IMG/VR virus record: IMGVR_UViG_3300027833_000020 | Strand: one strand, 5' to 3' | Length of the DNA: 64,000 nt | Origin: an uncultured virus (IMG/VR IMGVR_UViG_3300027833_000020) | Lineage: Duplodnaviria; Heunggongvirae; Uroviricota; Caudoviricetes | In this document: piece after piece, positions 8,507 through 19,243 of the stretch | How positions within the stretch are numbered: the first letter of the stretch is position 1 | Layout: every line of letters starts with the position of its first letter | The notes under the pieces: generated by a model | Seen by the model: only the letters and a program-made list of their open reading frames with translations | The model's database searches: none | Told to the model about the DNA's origin: nothing | Translations under genes and position numbers: made by a program

Positions 8507-9808
8507 TTAGAATAAGTTTGCGATACCCACTCTGCGGTAGTATACGTTAGTATTGGCAGTAAGTGCGCCAGAACCTTGTGCAGCACCTTGTGAATATGGA
8601 TTCGATACCATGCCATAACGGGTTTTAAATCCGATTTTTGGCTGGAAGCTGTTCTCACCAACCGCACGAACCATTTGTAATGGCACGTATGGGCAATAGA
8701 AGATACCTGCATCGAAAGATGAAGAACCTTTATAGCCTACTACGAGGTAGTTAGAACCAGCATATGGATCGATATATACTTTGTAGCGACCGTTAAGTAC
8801 ACCAGCGAAAGTATTACCAGTATCATCTACTGTAAGTGAGTTGCTGTTTAGAGCAGGTGTGTAGTCAAGAACACCAGCCATTTGCAATGCAGAAGCTACG
8901 TCTGAAGAACAAATTACGATGTTACCTTTACCACGTCTTGTGCCTTTAGCAATAGCGTTAGCTTCTTGCTCGATTTGGAACATAAGACCTTTGAACTTCT
9001 CTACTGACCAACGACCGTTTGCATCAACATCTAAGTCGAATGTACCAGCTACTGCAGTTGCAGTTGCGCCAGCTACAGCGTTTGTGTAGATTGTACGAAC
9101 TAATTCACGGTTGATTTCAACTAAGATTTCAGACTGTAAGATGTTCGCTAGTTCTGTTTCAGCATCTAGACCGTGAACGGCTTTAAGATCCTGTGCAAGC
9201 TCAGTAGTGTACTCAGCTTTTAGCGCTCTAGACTTAGCAGCAACAGTTACTTTCTCGATTGAGAAGGCCATTTCTGCGAAGCTTGTTCCGTTACCGTCAC
9301 CAAGAGCTTCAGCTGCTGCTGTGCCCATGCCAGTACCTGTAGTAGGTGAAGCATGTGGTAAGGTTTGTGCGTGTGTACCAGCACCAGAGAAGTCAGTATC
9401 AGCTTCGTTATAGAAAGCTTCGCCGCCGGCTTGGTTAGTGTACGTTGAACGCATTGCGAAGATAAGACCAGTTGGTCCTGTCATCGGCTGAACACCAGCA
9501 ATATCGTATGCCATTAAGTTAGGCATTGCACGACGTACTAATGAGATTAATACTGGGTCATAACCAGCAGTTGGTCCAGCAGCAGTTGAAGCTGAGCTGA
9601 AGCCGCCATCACCTGTTACTGTAGTTTCACTTAGTAAGCCAGTCATAGAAGCGGAGATGTCCCCGGATTCCATTAAAGCCCTTTCGGTGTTTTCAAGAAT
9701 TGTAGCTGTTACGCTTTTCTTGTGATTGTCTGCAATTGGTGAAAAAGAATCGTGCTCAAGAATTGGGCCCCACTTCTCCACAAGCGCTTGATAGTTTGAC
9801 TGTGCCAT
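8507..9808 (-). CDS. gp23: major capsid protein (T4 gp23)
   Basis: KW.PIL, GYDPVLISLVRRAMPNL, GVQPMTGPTG, SRALKAEYT.ELAQDLKAVHGLDAE, YCPYVPL. Confidence 0.98.
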   Translation of the reverse strand: MAQSNYQALVEKWGPILEHDSFSPIADNHKKSVTATILENTERALMESGDISASMTGLLSETTVTGDGGFSSASTAAGPTAGYDPVLISLVRRAMPNLMAYDIAGVQPMTGPTGLIFAMRSTYTNQAGGEAFYNEADTDFSGAGTHAQTLPHASPTTGTGMGTAAAEALGDGNGTSFAEMAFSIEKVTVAAKSRALKAEYTTELAQDLKAVHGLDAETELANILQSEILVEINRELVRTIYTNAVAGATATAVAGTFDLDVDANGRWSVEKFKGLMFQIEQEANAIAKGTRRGKGNIVICSSDVASALQMAGVLDYTPALNSNSLTVDDTGNTFAGVLNGRYKVYIDPYAGSNYLVVGYKGSSSFDAGIFYCPYVPLQMVRAVGENSFQPKIGFKTRYGMVSNPYSQGAAQGSGALTANTNVYYRRVGIANLF

Positions 9809-9848
9809 AATTGTCTATCTCCTTGTTTAAATAAGTTCTATCTGGATC

Positions 9849-9856
9849 TATTTATA
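9849..9856 (-). promoter_or_regulatory. T4-type late promoter
   Basis: TATAAATA on the minus strand upstream of gp23. Confidence 0.8.
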
Positions 9857-9873
9857 TAAATTAATATTTTGGG

Positions 9874-10851
9874 TTATTTTTGTCTTGCGTTTAGAGACTC
9901 AACGAGAGCATTAATTGAAGAGTGTTCGGATGCTGGTTTAGCAACTTTAGTTTCTTCAGTAATGATTTCTTGCTCTTCCTGAACTTCCTCTACTAAAGGA
10001 GCTGCTTTCTTAAAGAAAGACTCTTTTAGAGTTGTTAGATCAGATTGGTATTCCGCAATATCTTGTACGTCGAGTTTCTCAGAAAGAACTTTTAATCTTT
10101 CACGCTGGGTGATAGTCAAGTCTTCAGTCATTTCATCAAATACTCTGTCAGCATTAAGGGCTGCAATCTGCTTTTGCAAATCAACATTTTCGCTGATTTT
10201 TTCATTGGCAGTAGTCTTCAACTCTTCAACTTCTTCTTCAAGCCCAGCAACTACGTCGATAGTTTCATCATCGATTTCAATGTTGTGCTCTTCGAAAAGA
10301 GATTTTAGACCAGTCATCAATGACTCAGCCATTTCAACCTTAACGCCGGTTTCAATAGCAAGTTCGTTTTCTTTCATCCACTCTTCTACAACGTAGTCGA
10401 GATAAGAATCAAGGTTTTCTACGATTTTTTCTACTGCGCCGTCTACTGATTCTTTCATCTCTGTTTCTAGAGCATCAGTTTTTTCCGCAATAATAACATC
10501 AGCTTTTGCAGATGCTGCTTCATGAACAGCCGCTTCAAATACTAGTGTTACTTTCGAAGTAAATTCTTCTGAAAGATCCATGCCTTCAAACATAGCTTGG
10601 ATTGATTCCTCAATCTCAACTACTTCTACCACTGCTTCAGCATCAGCTTCTTCGGCTTCTTCTTTAACAGCACCTTGGCCTGGAGTTAGTTTGTCAACTT
10701 TGTCAGCCGTAGCGTCGACTTTCTTTTTGACATCTGCCTTCTTCTTTTTAATTTCGCCGCCTGCTGGAGTGACGCTATCTGCAACTTCTGCTGCAGGAAC
10801 CCCATCTCCGCCAGATTTTTCAACGAACTTTTCGTCTAATTCATTTGACAT
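9874..10851 (-). CDS. gp22: prohead core scaffold protein (T4 gp22)
   Basis: Acidic coiled coil; LSEEF..K...VFEAAV and LDSYLDYVVEEWM.EN.LAIE; synteny. Confidence 0.93.
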   Translation of the reverse strand: MSNELDEKFVEKSGGDGVPAAEVADSVTPAGGEIKKKKADVKKKVDATADKVDKLTPGQGAVKEEAEEADAEAVVEVVEIEESIQAMFEGMDLSEEFTSKVTLVFEAAVHEAASAKADVIIAEKTDALETEMKESVDGAVEKIVENLDSYLDYVVEEWMKENELAIETGVKVEMAESLMTGLKSLFEEHNIEIDDETIDVVAGLEEEVEELKTTANEKISENVDLQKQIAALNADRVFDEMTEDLTITQRERLKVLSEKLDVQDIAEYQSDLTTLKESFFKKAAPLVEEVQEEQEIITEETKVAKPASEHSSINALVESLNARQK

Positions 10852-10890
10852 ATGTTCTACTCCTTTTAATTGGTTATTCTATATGTTTAC

Positions 10891-10898
10891 TATTTATA
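10891..10898 (-). promoter_or_regulatory. T4-type late promoter
   Basis: TATAAATA upstream of gp22. Confidence 0.75.
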
Positions 10899-10903
10899 AA
10901 AAG

Positions 10904-11596
10904 TTATTTTCTAAGACTTGACACGAACCGCTCGAATAACGCAGCAGCAGTGCTTTCATCAACGCGATGAACAACTCTTCTAACTTCTTTTTCTACTGTC
11001 TCTTGAATCTCTTCAATCACTTGTTCAACAGACACATCCTGAGGAAGCCAATTGCCTGAAGCAATATCAAAGAAATATTCTGCATTTTCCATGATACCAT
11101 TTACGAAACAATTAGGACCAGATGGATCTGTTACAATATCAACAGTAGCTAAATGGAAATCGTTTTGTACTTCCATGATTCCGTCTTTGCTTTGCTTAAC
11201 AGAACCAAGTCCTCTTGTAGACACTCCAATTAGTACGCCTTCGTCCATAAAGGTTTTTACTATGTTGCCCATTGGGGTGCCAAGAATTTTTGCTTTACCA
11301 GTAAAATTAGAACCGTCTTGTTTCATTTCTGTGATAAGATGTGAAACCCTATCGCCATTGATCGAAGGTCCATCGGGGTGACCTAACTCTCCAAGTGCTC
11401 TTTTAGTACTGACAAAATCTTTGTTATAGCGATTCATTTCTTTTTCAAGAACCGCCTTTGGATATATACGGCCATTACGATTCTTAATATCGCCTTGCAT
11501 GAAGATGCCTTCAATGAAGTACGACTTTTCGCCGGTCTCTTCATTAAGATCGGTAATAACATTACATTCTTCTACAACTTCGGTAATAAGTTTCAT
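10904..11596 (-). CDS. gp21: prohead protease (T4 gp21)
   Basis: True start MKLITE at 11596; IEGIFMQ, NRNGRIYP, ALGELGHP, GVSTRGLGS and D.V.DPS. Confidence 0.95.
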   Translation of the reverse strand: MKLITEVVEECNVITDLNEETGEKSYFIEGIFMQGDIKNRNGRIYPKAVLEKEMNRYNKDFVSTKRALGELGHPDGPSINGDRVSHLITEMKQDGSNFTGKAKILGTPMGNIVKTFMDEGVLIGVSTRGLGSVKQSKDGIMEVQNDFHLATVDIVTDPSGPNCFVNGIMENAEYFFDIASGNWLPQDVSVEQVIEEIQETVEKEVRRVVHRVDESTAAALFERFVSSLRK

Positions 11597-11621
11597 TGTG
11601 TGCCTCTGTATTATTCTATTA

Positions 11622-11629
11622 TATTTATA
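11622..11629 (-). promoter_or_regulatory. T4-type late promoter
   Basis: TATAAATA upstream of gp21. Confidence 0.75.
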
Positions 11630-11669
11630 ATTCTTTTTACTATGCTCTAGCGTCATAATAATTCTTGTA

Positions 11670-13430
11670 TTACAACGCTTCTCTAGCAAATCCAAGAATT
11701 TCATCGAATCCAGATTGATCTTTCATAGCAACCATACCGAGTTTTCTACGGTTATTGGGTGATAAGTCTTTAAACATCTGAGTTAATAAGTCAACATCTT
11801 GCTTTTTAAGAACTACTGATTTGCCATCTTTAAGCTTCATCAATCCAACTTTAAACTTAACATTTTCTGCTAGCTCTTTAAGAATAGATTCGTTAGTAAT
11901 GATTTTATCTTGGCCATTATCATCAGTAACTTTTGGCTTTGTTGTTTTCATAACTGTACGCTTTTTTCCATCTACACCAGTTGTAGTTACAGGCTTCATA
12001 AGAGCAGATTGAGTAGTCTCATCTAATTCTTCGTTGTAACCTTTTTTCTTATAACCTAATGTATCTTGTGGCTTTGCGCGACGTTTGCCTTTGTAAGCAC
12101 TACCGCCATCTTCAGAATTTCTACCAGCTTGATAAGCTTTTTTAACAGTAGCATCAGATCCACGCTTAGGTTTGTTAGAACTCATACCACCTGGAGTATT
12201 AAATTGACGTGTGTCTTGCTCACCAGAACGATATGCTTTCTTTAATACTGATTTACGATCAGTACCTGAACCTTTGATTGAACCTTCTTCTAAATCTGCT
12301 TCTTCGTTATATGAAGCTGCAAGTGGCTTTTTCTTTTTTGCTCTTAAAGCTGCTAAGTCTTTACCATCGATATCACCATCTTTGTCGTGATCAATCTCTT
12401 TTTGCTTTGGAGAAAGTGCTTCGTTTTGTCTTTTTAAAACTGCTGCAACTTTTGGATGATCTGAAATACCAGGCTTCATCTTATTCATTGCCTTAACAGC
12501 GCCAGTCATATTGCCGCCTTTATATCTCTTATCAGATGCAATACCAATAGCCATATTAATGTGCTTATCAGAATGAGTTGCATCTTCTTCAAGATCTACT
12601 TCTTCGTTTTTCTTGTTTTGAACATTTTTTAGGCCTTGCTTAAGTCTAGCAACTTCTGCAGCTTTATCTTTTTTAGCAACGGCACTCATAGCTCCACCAA
12701 TGTTCTTCATTGTACTATCATGTTGCTTAGCCATTTGTTTCTTTTTAGCAGCATCTTTTTCTGCTTGGCTTAGACCTATAACGTTACGTCTCATGTCATT
12801 AGCTTTTTTCTTGATGTTATCCATCATGCCTTCATCAAACATACTACCTGCTGGTTTACCACCGGCTTTTTTAACTAGTTTATTAGTCGCTGTAGCAATA
12901 CCCTTTTTGCGCTTAGCACTATTTTGGAAATCGCTAGAGCCATCATCATGAGCTTTTTTGACATATGATCCAAGCTTTGCTGGAGATAATTCGTCAAGTG
13001 ATTCTACTGATTCATCAAACATACTACCTGCTGGTTTACCACCAGCTTTTTTAACTAATTTGTTAGTGGCTGTAGCAATACCTTTTTTACGCTTGGCACT
13101 ATTTTGGAAATCGCTAGAGTCATCATGAGCTTTTTTGACATATGATCCAAGCTTTGCTGGAGATAATTCGTCAAGTGATTCTACTGATTCGTCGAATTCT
13201 TCGAAACCAGTAACATTTGCTGCATAGGCTTTATCGTATGTGTGATCACCTTTATTATCTGCAGGTCTCATAGCTTGTGGCTTCTGAATATCACCAGTAA
13301 ATTGTGTGTCTAGCGCAACTGGATGCGGAATAACTTCATATGTATGCTGATCCTTGAAAGCCTGCTCTTCTTCAGCACCACGTTCTCTAGGCTGAGCAAC
13401 TTCTGAAATGTATTTACTAAAGGACTTCAT
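11670..13430 (-). CDS. large prohead core / internal head protein at the gp67-gp68 position
   Basis: Lies between gp20 and gp21; MKSFSKYISE N-terminus; Lys-rich modules separated by LDE/LEE sites. Confidence 0.7.
   Translation of the reverse strand: MKSFSKYISEVAQPRERGAEEEQAFKDQHTYEVIPHPVALDTQFTGDIQKPQAMRPADNKGDHTYDKAYAANVTGFEEFDESVESLDELSPAKLGSYVKKAHDDSSDFQNSAKRKKGIATATNKLVKKAGGKPAGSMFDESVESLDELSPAKLGSYVKKAHDDGSSDFQNSAKRKKGIATATNKLVKKAGGKPAGSMFDEGMMDNIKKKANDMRRNVIGLSQAEKDAAKKKQMAKQHDSTMKNIGGAMSAVAKKDKAAEVARLKQGLKNVQNKKNEEVDLEEDATHSDKHINMAIGIASDKRYKGGNMTGAVKAMNKMKPGISDHPKVAAVLKRQNEALSPKQKEIDHDKDGDIDGKDLAALRAKKKKPLAASYNEEADLEEGSIKGSGTDRKSVLKKAYRSGEQDTRQFNTPGGMSSNKPKRGSDATVKKAYQAGRNSEDGGSAYKGKRRAKPQDTLGYKKKGYNEELDETTQSALMKPVTTTGVDGKKRTVMKTTKPKVTDDNGQDKIITNESILKELAENVKFKVGLMKLKDGKSVVLKKQDVDLLTQMFKDLSPNNRRKLGMVAMKDQSGFDEILGFAREAL
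12831..13187. repeat. tandem duplication of ~180 bp inside the core protein
   Basis: 12831-13010 (180 bp) and 13011-13187 (177 bp) encode SVESLDELSPAKLGSYVKKAHDD(G)SSDFQ...AGSMFDE twice. Confidence 0.9.
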
Positions 13431-13466
13431 TTGAAATCTCCTAAATTTGTTTTAATTTGATTATAT

Positions 13467-15023
13467 TTATCCATTAAAGGGTTTTGGCTCCTGATCCTGA
13501 TCCTGATCCTGATCATCTTCTGGTTCTTCGTCAGGTGCTGCTTCTATTTCAGCGGCGATTTGTTTTTCCATATCCTTAATTTCGTCATCAGACATACGTA
13601 AAACATTTTTGCGAACCCACTCTTTAGAATAATATGTACCAATGTGTTCATCAACTTCTCTTAAAGTTGTTAATCTTTCACGAGTAATCTCAGCGTCTTT
13701 TAATTCAGTAAAGTAGTTATCCTGAATAAAGTCATATCGTATTTGGTTCTTAATTTCAGCAAACTCTTCGGGTGTCATAATACCTTTAAGAATCAATTGC
13801 TTTTCTAAGATCTGTGTAAACAGAGACGAGAAACGATTTCTTAAACGCTGAATGAATTTACTAAACTTAAGTTCATCACGAGTAATCTCAGAAACACGAC
13901 CAAACGAATACATTGTTTCTGGCTCTAAACGTGATAATGGAACTTTAAGCGATTTGTATAATTTACGTTGAAAATACTGCATGTTAGTATCATCTGTTAA
14001 ACCACCAGCACTACCGCCTGCAATTGTATCAACTTCAGTAGAGCGCTCACCACCACGACGTGGGAACCAAAAGTCTTCAGTCATAGTCATCATTTTACGA
14101 GAATCAGATATTTCACCAGTTGATGAATTATACTGAAGCTTGTTCTTATGACGAACCATCATATCTCTTATATACTGCTCAGCTTTCGATTTAGGTAAGT
14201 TACCAACGTCAATGTAGAACACTCTTCGTTCAGGAGCTCGTGTAAGAGTATAAATGATTGTCGCATCTTCCAACATCCTTAACTGATTAATTGGTTTAAT
14301 AGCAGCATGCAAGTGGCTAAGAACAAGCGCATTATTCTCACTCATTTGACCTGATGTTATACGAGCTATAGAATCTTTAGCGATCTTATAACCTTGAGAA
14401 CCGGATGTTCCTGATCCTTTTTCACTGCCAAAACCATTTTCTGAATACATATAGTACTCAGCTCTTACTCTTTTAACTGGTACGCCTGAATGTTTATCGA
14501 CGTTTTTCTTATCCATTTCACGAATAAGCTTAAGTTTACGAGGATCTACATAACGTAATTCTCGTATACCTTCTTTAATATTGTCGTTATCAATTATGCA
14601 ATGGAAGTTAACTCTGCCATCTACATAAAATTTTGAAAACATATCATAACCGGTATTAGTGAAGTCTAGTAAACTTAGGACTTCTTGAAATTGTTCTGAT
14701 ACTTTTTCTTTAACTTTGCCTGGTAAATCTGTGTCGTCCATAATAATGTCGACTACTTTATCTTCAAGATCTACCGAGATTGCTTCATTAACAATCTCAT
14801 CTACTGCCTGAGTAATTTCAGGATTCATAGCCAAGCCACGATATTTAGTTACAAGTTCGGATTCAGTCTTTGCAGTACCTTCTAAATCTAGAATAGTACT
14901 GTAGAATCCACCCACAGCGTTGCCGACGGTAATAGCACCGTCATCATTTTGTGGTTCAGCGAAGGAGACCGGTGGTACGATCTCCTCGCTTTCCCTGTTT
15001 ATTTCAAATCCAAATAATCTCAA
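13467..15023 (-). CDS. gp20: portal vertex protein (T4 gp20)
   Basis: LFGFEI, YVDGR, RAPERRVFYIDVGNLPK, EDFWFPRRGG and ITRDELKF; TTG start. Confidence 0.97.
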   Translation of the reverse strand: MRLFGFEINRESEEIVPPVSFAEPQNDDGAITVGNAVGGFYSTILDLEGTAKTESELVTKYRGLAMNPEITQAVDEIVNEAISVDLEDKVVDIIMDDTDLPGKVKEKVSEQFQEVLSLLDFTNTGYDMFSKFYVDGRVNFHCIIDNDNIKEGIRELRYVDPRKLKLIREMDKKNVDKHSGVPVKRVRAEYYMYSENGFGSEKGSGTSGSQGYKIAKDSIARITSGQMSENNALVLSHLHAAIKPINQLRMLEDATIIYTLTRAPERRVFYIDVGNLPKSKAEQYIRDMMVRHKNKLQYNSSTGEISDSRKMMTMTEDFWFPRRGGERSTEVDTIAGGSAGGLTDDTNMQYFQRKLYKSLKVPLSRLEPETMYSFGRVSEITRDELKFSKFIQRLRNRFSSLFTQILEKQLILKGIMTPEEFAEIKNQIRYDFIQDNYFTELKDAEITRERLTTLREVDEHIGTYYSKEWVRKNVLRMSDDEIKDMEKQIAAEIEAAPDEEPEDDQDQDQDQEPKPFNG

Positions 15024-15047
15024 TTTGTTTTCCTCATATTATAATAA

Positions 15048-15581
15048 TTATGTAGTCGGTACGCCGGTGTTACCTTCAACTCGCCATAGATCATATTGGA
15101 AAGTAATACTAAATTCTTCAATTGAATCAGTAGCGGACCAATCCATTTGAATGCCATCGATTGCAATAGGGAACATGCCTTCAAAAACATAAGTACGTAA
15201 TGGCGAACCATCTTTACTAAACTGGGTGATTTGCCCGTTAGATTTGTACTGTTGAGGTAAACCTCTTGAGTTTGAATCGTGAGAGTTAATGAAATTCATC
15301 CACTCTTCCATTGCGTTACGAATAGCGAAGTCTTCGTCGTTTATTACAGTTACAGTCCAGTCCGCGAATGTTCTATCTCCAGCATATTTTACCTGGCGTC
15401 CAAAGTAAGGTACAGAGTACTGACCTACTGTGGACTCAGGAATCCCAGCTGCCCGTACCATAAATGGTACTTTAATGTCGGCAGTGGTATTAACCGGATT
15501 GGTGATCTGACATTGGAAGAGTGTAGGACGTGCACCGCCACCGACGAGTTCTGATTTGAACTGGTTGATATTAAATGCCAT
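15048..15581 (-). CDS. gp19: tail tube protein (T4 gp19)
   Basis: GGARP.LF, GR..KYAGDRTF.DW.VT..NDEDF and IEEF..TFQYD. Confidence 0.96.
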   Translation of the reverse strand: MAFNINQFKSELVGGGARPTLFQCQITNPVNTTADIKVPFMVRAAGIPESTVGQYSVPYFGRQVKYAGDRTFADWTVTVINDEDFAIRNAMEEWMNFINSHDSNSRGLPQQYKSNGQITQFSKDGSPLRTYVFEGMFPIAIDGIQMDWSATDSIEEFSITFQYDLWRVEGNTGVPTT

Positions 15582-15608
15582 GTGTCTTTCTCCTTTTTAA
15601 TATATTTA

Positions 15609-17552
15609 TTAAGCTATCTGACCAACAATTTCGTCAAACTCAACGCCGGTTCTAGTTGCTACGAATGTTAATTCAATAACGTTAATAGAACGTGCTGGTT
15701 TAATGAATATGCTTGCACGGAACTTGTTTGCATCTACGATATCGGGTGTATTAACGCTAGAGTCTGAAACAACTCTGTAGTCAATAATTCCACGTCGACC
15801 TTGAATATCCCTAAGGAATGGATCGACTATGTTCTTGAATTGAGTCTGAGTAAAGTCATCATTGAACTCGAACAAGAAACCTTCTGCCGCAGTGGCAATT
15901 GCTTTTTCAACAGAGATAAACAATCTACGAACGTTTAATCTATCAAATGCGCTTGCAAGACCTAGACCTGTTTTATCACCAAATAGTACAATTCCACGAC
16001 CTGCCTGAGACATAACTGGATTAACATCCGCGCTATATAACTGATCACGCTGTGGTTTGCTTGGGTTAAACGCTAGCTTAACGATATTTTTAATGATACC
16101 TTTTCTGTAACCGGCTGGGGATTCCCAAGGATCTACTCTTGCTGAAAGACCTGCCATATCACCGTTTAATGGAGTCCAACGATATGCATCATTGTACTTA
16201 TCATACCTATATTTATAACCACTATCCATGAACCAATAAGAAGAGTTCTGAATTCGGTTACGGTATTCAATAGCATTATCCATCTTAGCTTGAGTTTTTA
16301 CTTCAGTAACTACTGCTTCTTTAGATGGTGAAAGATATGCAACACAATCTCGTCTGTAATCTGAAACATTAGATACAATATAATTTGCTCTAACACCAAG
16401 ATCATCGCCCTTGCCTTGAAGTACGAATGAGATGTCGATTTCGTTTGTATTTTTGAAGGTATCCCAAGCTGCTGCTAGAGCACCAAGTGTTGCAGTTGAT
16501 TCAGTTGTTGCATCTGTACCACCAGTCATAGTTTCGTATGCATTTTTATCTGCAGTGGCTGTACCAATAACGGAAGTATTTGCAACTTTGACCCAAGAGG
16601 ACATATTTTCTATTACAGTTGGGTAATAGTTAGTTGCACCTTGTGGACCTACTGCACCTGCTGTTGTAGAAAGATCTTCGAATACTTCTAGAACTGTACC
16701 TACTGCACCTGAAATTGCACCATCAGTATCAATTACTGCTACGTGGACATTACCTGCCGCTGGAGCTTTACCAAATAGTCTGTTATGTTGCCATTTTTTA
16801 GTAATAGATAGTTTGTTTAATTCAGTTTCAGCAAGTGTATACTTACCGTTTAATACGACTTCAGTTGCTACACCAATAGTTGTAGTTACTGCAGTATTAC
16901 CTGAACCAGTTGTTTCTTCGATGTCAGTTGCTGTAGATGAACTAACTGTTAATTCCTGGAAACCAACACTTGTGTTACCAATGACTAATACGTCACCAGC
17001 AAATAGTTCTGGAATAACGGGAACACCGCTAGCTTGCGCCAATTCATATGTGAATGTAGATGAATTAAATCCAATAGTTTGTGTTACTGAATTATTAGCA
17101 ATACCATTAGCTTCGATACCGCCTACTGCTGCAATATTAGATTGATAAGCACTAGAAGTAGACCAAGAAACTTGAATTGAGTCTCCTAATTTACCTTGAT
17201 ACTTAGCGTCGAAAGCAGCATATATGCTGTCTGCTGTGTTAATGTCGTTGTTAGCATGATATGCGATGGTAGTACCTGATGCTGTTGCTGATCCATCATC
17301 TGCACGTGCCACATATAGGGCATTTGAATATGATAAGTAATCTGCTGCTGTGAAAAATGTTTCATAGTTGTCGTCGGTTGGTGAACCAAAACGATCAACT
17401 AAGTTATTTTCAGAGGTAATTAGAATAGGATCGTTAGTTGGACCCCATTTAAATATGCCAGCCATTGCCGCTGGTGCTGTTGCAACGCCTGGTACTGCCT
17501 GACTCGCATCCACTTCACGAACAATGACGGAAGGACTTACGGAAAAAGCCAT
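15609..17552 (-). CDS. gp18: tail sheath protein (T4 gp18)
   Basis: SP.V.VRE.D, G.FKWGP, YDKYND, LFGDKT, AFDRLNVRRLF and FEFND.FT. Confidence 0.97.
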   Translation of the reverse strand: MAFSVSPSVIVREVDASQAVPGVATAPAAMAGIFKWGPTNDPILITSENNLVDRFGSPTDDNYETFFTAADYLSYSNALYVARADDGSATASGTTIAYHANNDINTADSIYAAFDAKYQGKLGDSIQVSWSTSSAYQSNIAAVGGIEANGIANNSVTQTIGFNSSTFTYELAQASGVPVIPELFAGDVLVIGNTSVGFQELTVSSSTATDIEETTGSGNTAVTTTIGVATEVVLNGKYTLAETELNKLSITKKWQHNRLFGKAPAAGNVHVAVIDTDGAISGAVGTVLEVFEDLSTTAGAVGPQGATNYYPTVIENMSSWVKVANTSVIGTATADKNAYETMTGGTDATTESTATLGALAAAWDTFKNTNEIDISFVLQGKGDDLGVRANYIVSNVSDYRRDCVAYLSPSKEAVVTEVKTQAKMDNAIEYRNRIQNSSYWFMDSGYKYRYDKYNDAYRWTPLNGDMAGLSARVDPWESPAGYRKGIIKNIVKLAFNPSKPQRDQLYSADVNPVMSQAGRGIVLFGDKTGLGLASAFDRLNVRRLFISVEKAIATAAEGFLFEFNDDFTQTQFKNIVDPFLRDIQGRRGIIDYRVVSDSSVNTPDIVDANKFRASIFIKPARSINVIELTFVATRTGVEFDEIVGQIA

Positions 17553-17611
17553 GTTTTTCTCCTTTAATTAATTAGAAACGCGTTTAATTTTTTAATTTAT
17601 ATAACTGTTTC

Positions 17612-17619
17612 TATTTATA
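17612..17619 (-). promoter_or_regulatory. T4-type late promoter
   Basis: TATAAATA upstream of gp18. Confidence 0.75.
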
Positions 17620-17650
17620 AATTACTTGATTTACTATTTAAGGGCATTTT

Positions 17651-19243
17651 TCATAATCTAAGACCGTCGTCGTGTATAAAATCATTGTCTCCATCATCTA
17701 TAAAACCGAACGGTAACATTTCTTCTTCAATTTGCTCTTCTGTTTTTTCTCTGAGTCTTGTTAATGTATTTATGTCTGTCATATCTTTGAAATACGCCTG
17801 ATCTGACATCCAAGCAAATAAAACTAAGTTCATTACTAAATCGTCGTGAAAACCGGATTCTGCTTCATAAGAATTCTTTTTCTTAGAAAATCTACTCAAT
17901 TCTTGTATTGTTTCATAGTCTCGTATAAACAATTGGTTTTGTTCTACAAGCATTTTAAGCATTGAACAACCTGTACCTTTTACAAGTTTAGTTGTTCGTA
18001 TCCCGTTATCTACATTTTTACCAAAGCCACCACTAAGTACTTTTCCACTACGCCCAGAATTCTGTGTGTAAAGTAAATTTTCATATCCAAAATCTAATAA
18101 AAGTACATCGACAACTTGACCACCAATATCATTAATTTCTACTAAGATACCGGCTTCGTTATATAGTTTGCCACACCTGTGTAAAACAGATGCGAAATCG
18201 ATTGGACCAATATAGTTATCTCTAAAGACAGCGACCTGTCTATATGGCATTTCGCTAATATCAAAAATAGTAAAAGTCGAGTAGTCTAAACCTTTACCTC
18301 TTGCAACGTCTGCAGTTATTACATATTGTTTATCTTCTTCAGGTCTTTCATATTGAATAAAACCTTCTCCTGTAACTAAAGGTGTCTCAGGATATAGTTC
18401 TTTTAATTTCCCGCCGCTAATTAATGTACCAGAACTGCCTAAAAATTCACAGCAATATTCTTGGTTAAACTTAGCTTCGTCGTGGTCTAGCGCTTCTATT
18501 GTTTCTTTGCGCCATTTTTCATCTCGGCCAGGAACATCATACCACATTACTTCTTGATATTCATAGCCGTTTGTACCTTCTTTGGCCCCTTTACAGGTTT
18601 TCCAAAAATGGTTTAATCCGTTTGGTGTAGAAGTCATTAAGAGCTTTGTAGATTCACCCGATGAAATTGTTGGATATACTGAAGCGAAGAACTCATCGTA
18701 CCCTTCAATAAATGCAACCTCATCTAGATATAGAAAGTTTACAGACTTACCACGAATAGCGCTTGAAGATGTTGTTCCGGCCAATACCTGACAACCATTT
18801 TCTAGTGCTATGTTACCTTTATTCCACTCCTCGATGCCTTGCTGTAGCCACTTAGGTAGTGCTTCATATGCCAACTTAACTCTAGCCATAACCTCTCTGG
18901 AGGCATCTCCTTTGTTAGCAAGGATAGCTACAGTCTTAAATTCATTAAATAATATGTAGTGTAAGATAACTGCACAAGCGGTAGTTGTTTTACCAGACTG
19001 ACGTGCAGTAAGAACAGCAACACGTCTGTTGTTAAAGATCTTATCACAAATTTCTTTTTGGTAGTCATACATATCAAAAGGTACTAAGCCTCTATCAACA
19101 TGTACGATCTTAATATATTTTCTAGAAAAATAAACAGGATCTTCAGCACACTTCATATATTCCTGAACCAGATCAGGTGTCCATTCGATTTGCTCTTGGA
19201 CCTTTTTAAGGTGCGAGTTACCTAAGTATCCATCACCCATCAA
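17651..19243 (-). CDS. gp17: terminase large subunit (T4 gp17)
   Basis: YLGN, RQSGKTT (Walker A), LYLDEVAF, STPNG.NHF, DVARG.G.DYS and HDDLVM. Confidence 0.97.
   Translation of the reverse strand: MMGDGYLGNSHLKKVQEQIEWTPDLVQEYMKCAEDPVYFSRKYIKIVHVDRGLVPFDMYDYQKEICDKIFNNRRVAVLTARQSGKTTTACAVILHYILFNEFKTVAILANKGDASREVMARVKLAYEALPKWLQQGIEEWNKGNIALENGCQVLAGTTSSSAIRGKSVNFLYLDEVAFIEGYDEFFASVYPTISSGESTKLLMTSTPNGLNHFWKTCKGAKEGTNGYEYQEVMWYDVPGRDEKWRKETIEALDHDEAKFNQEYCCEFLGSSGTLISGGKLKELYPETPLVTGEGFIQYERPEEDKQYVITADVARGKGLDYSTFTIFDISEMPYRQVAVFRDNYIGPIDFASVLHRCGKLYNEAGILVEINDIGGQVVDVLLLDFGYENLLYTQNSGRSGKVLSGGFGKNVDNGIRTTKLVKGTGCSMLKMLVEQNQLFIRDYETIQELSRFSKKKNSYEAESGFHDDLVMNLVLFAWMSDQAYFKDMTDINTLTRLREKTEEQIEEEMLPFGFIDDGDNDFIHDDGLRL

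Noticed and set aside
8507..19243. Introns, inteins or homing endonucleases in gp23, gp20 or gp17
   Set aside because: The ORFs are continuous and of normal length, with no intein or HNH/GIY-YIG motifs seen.
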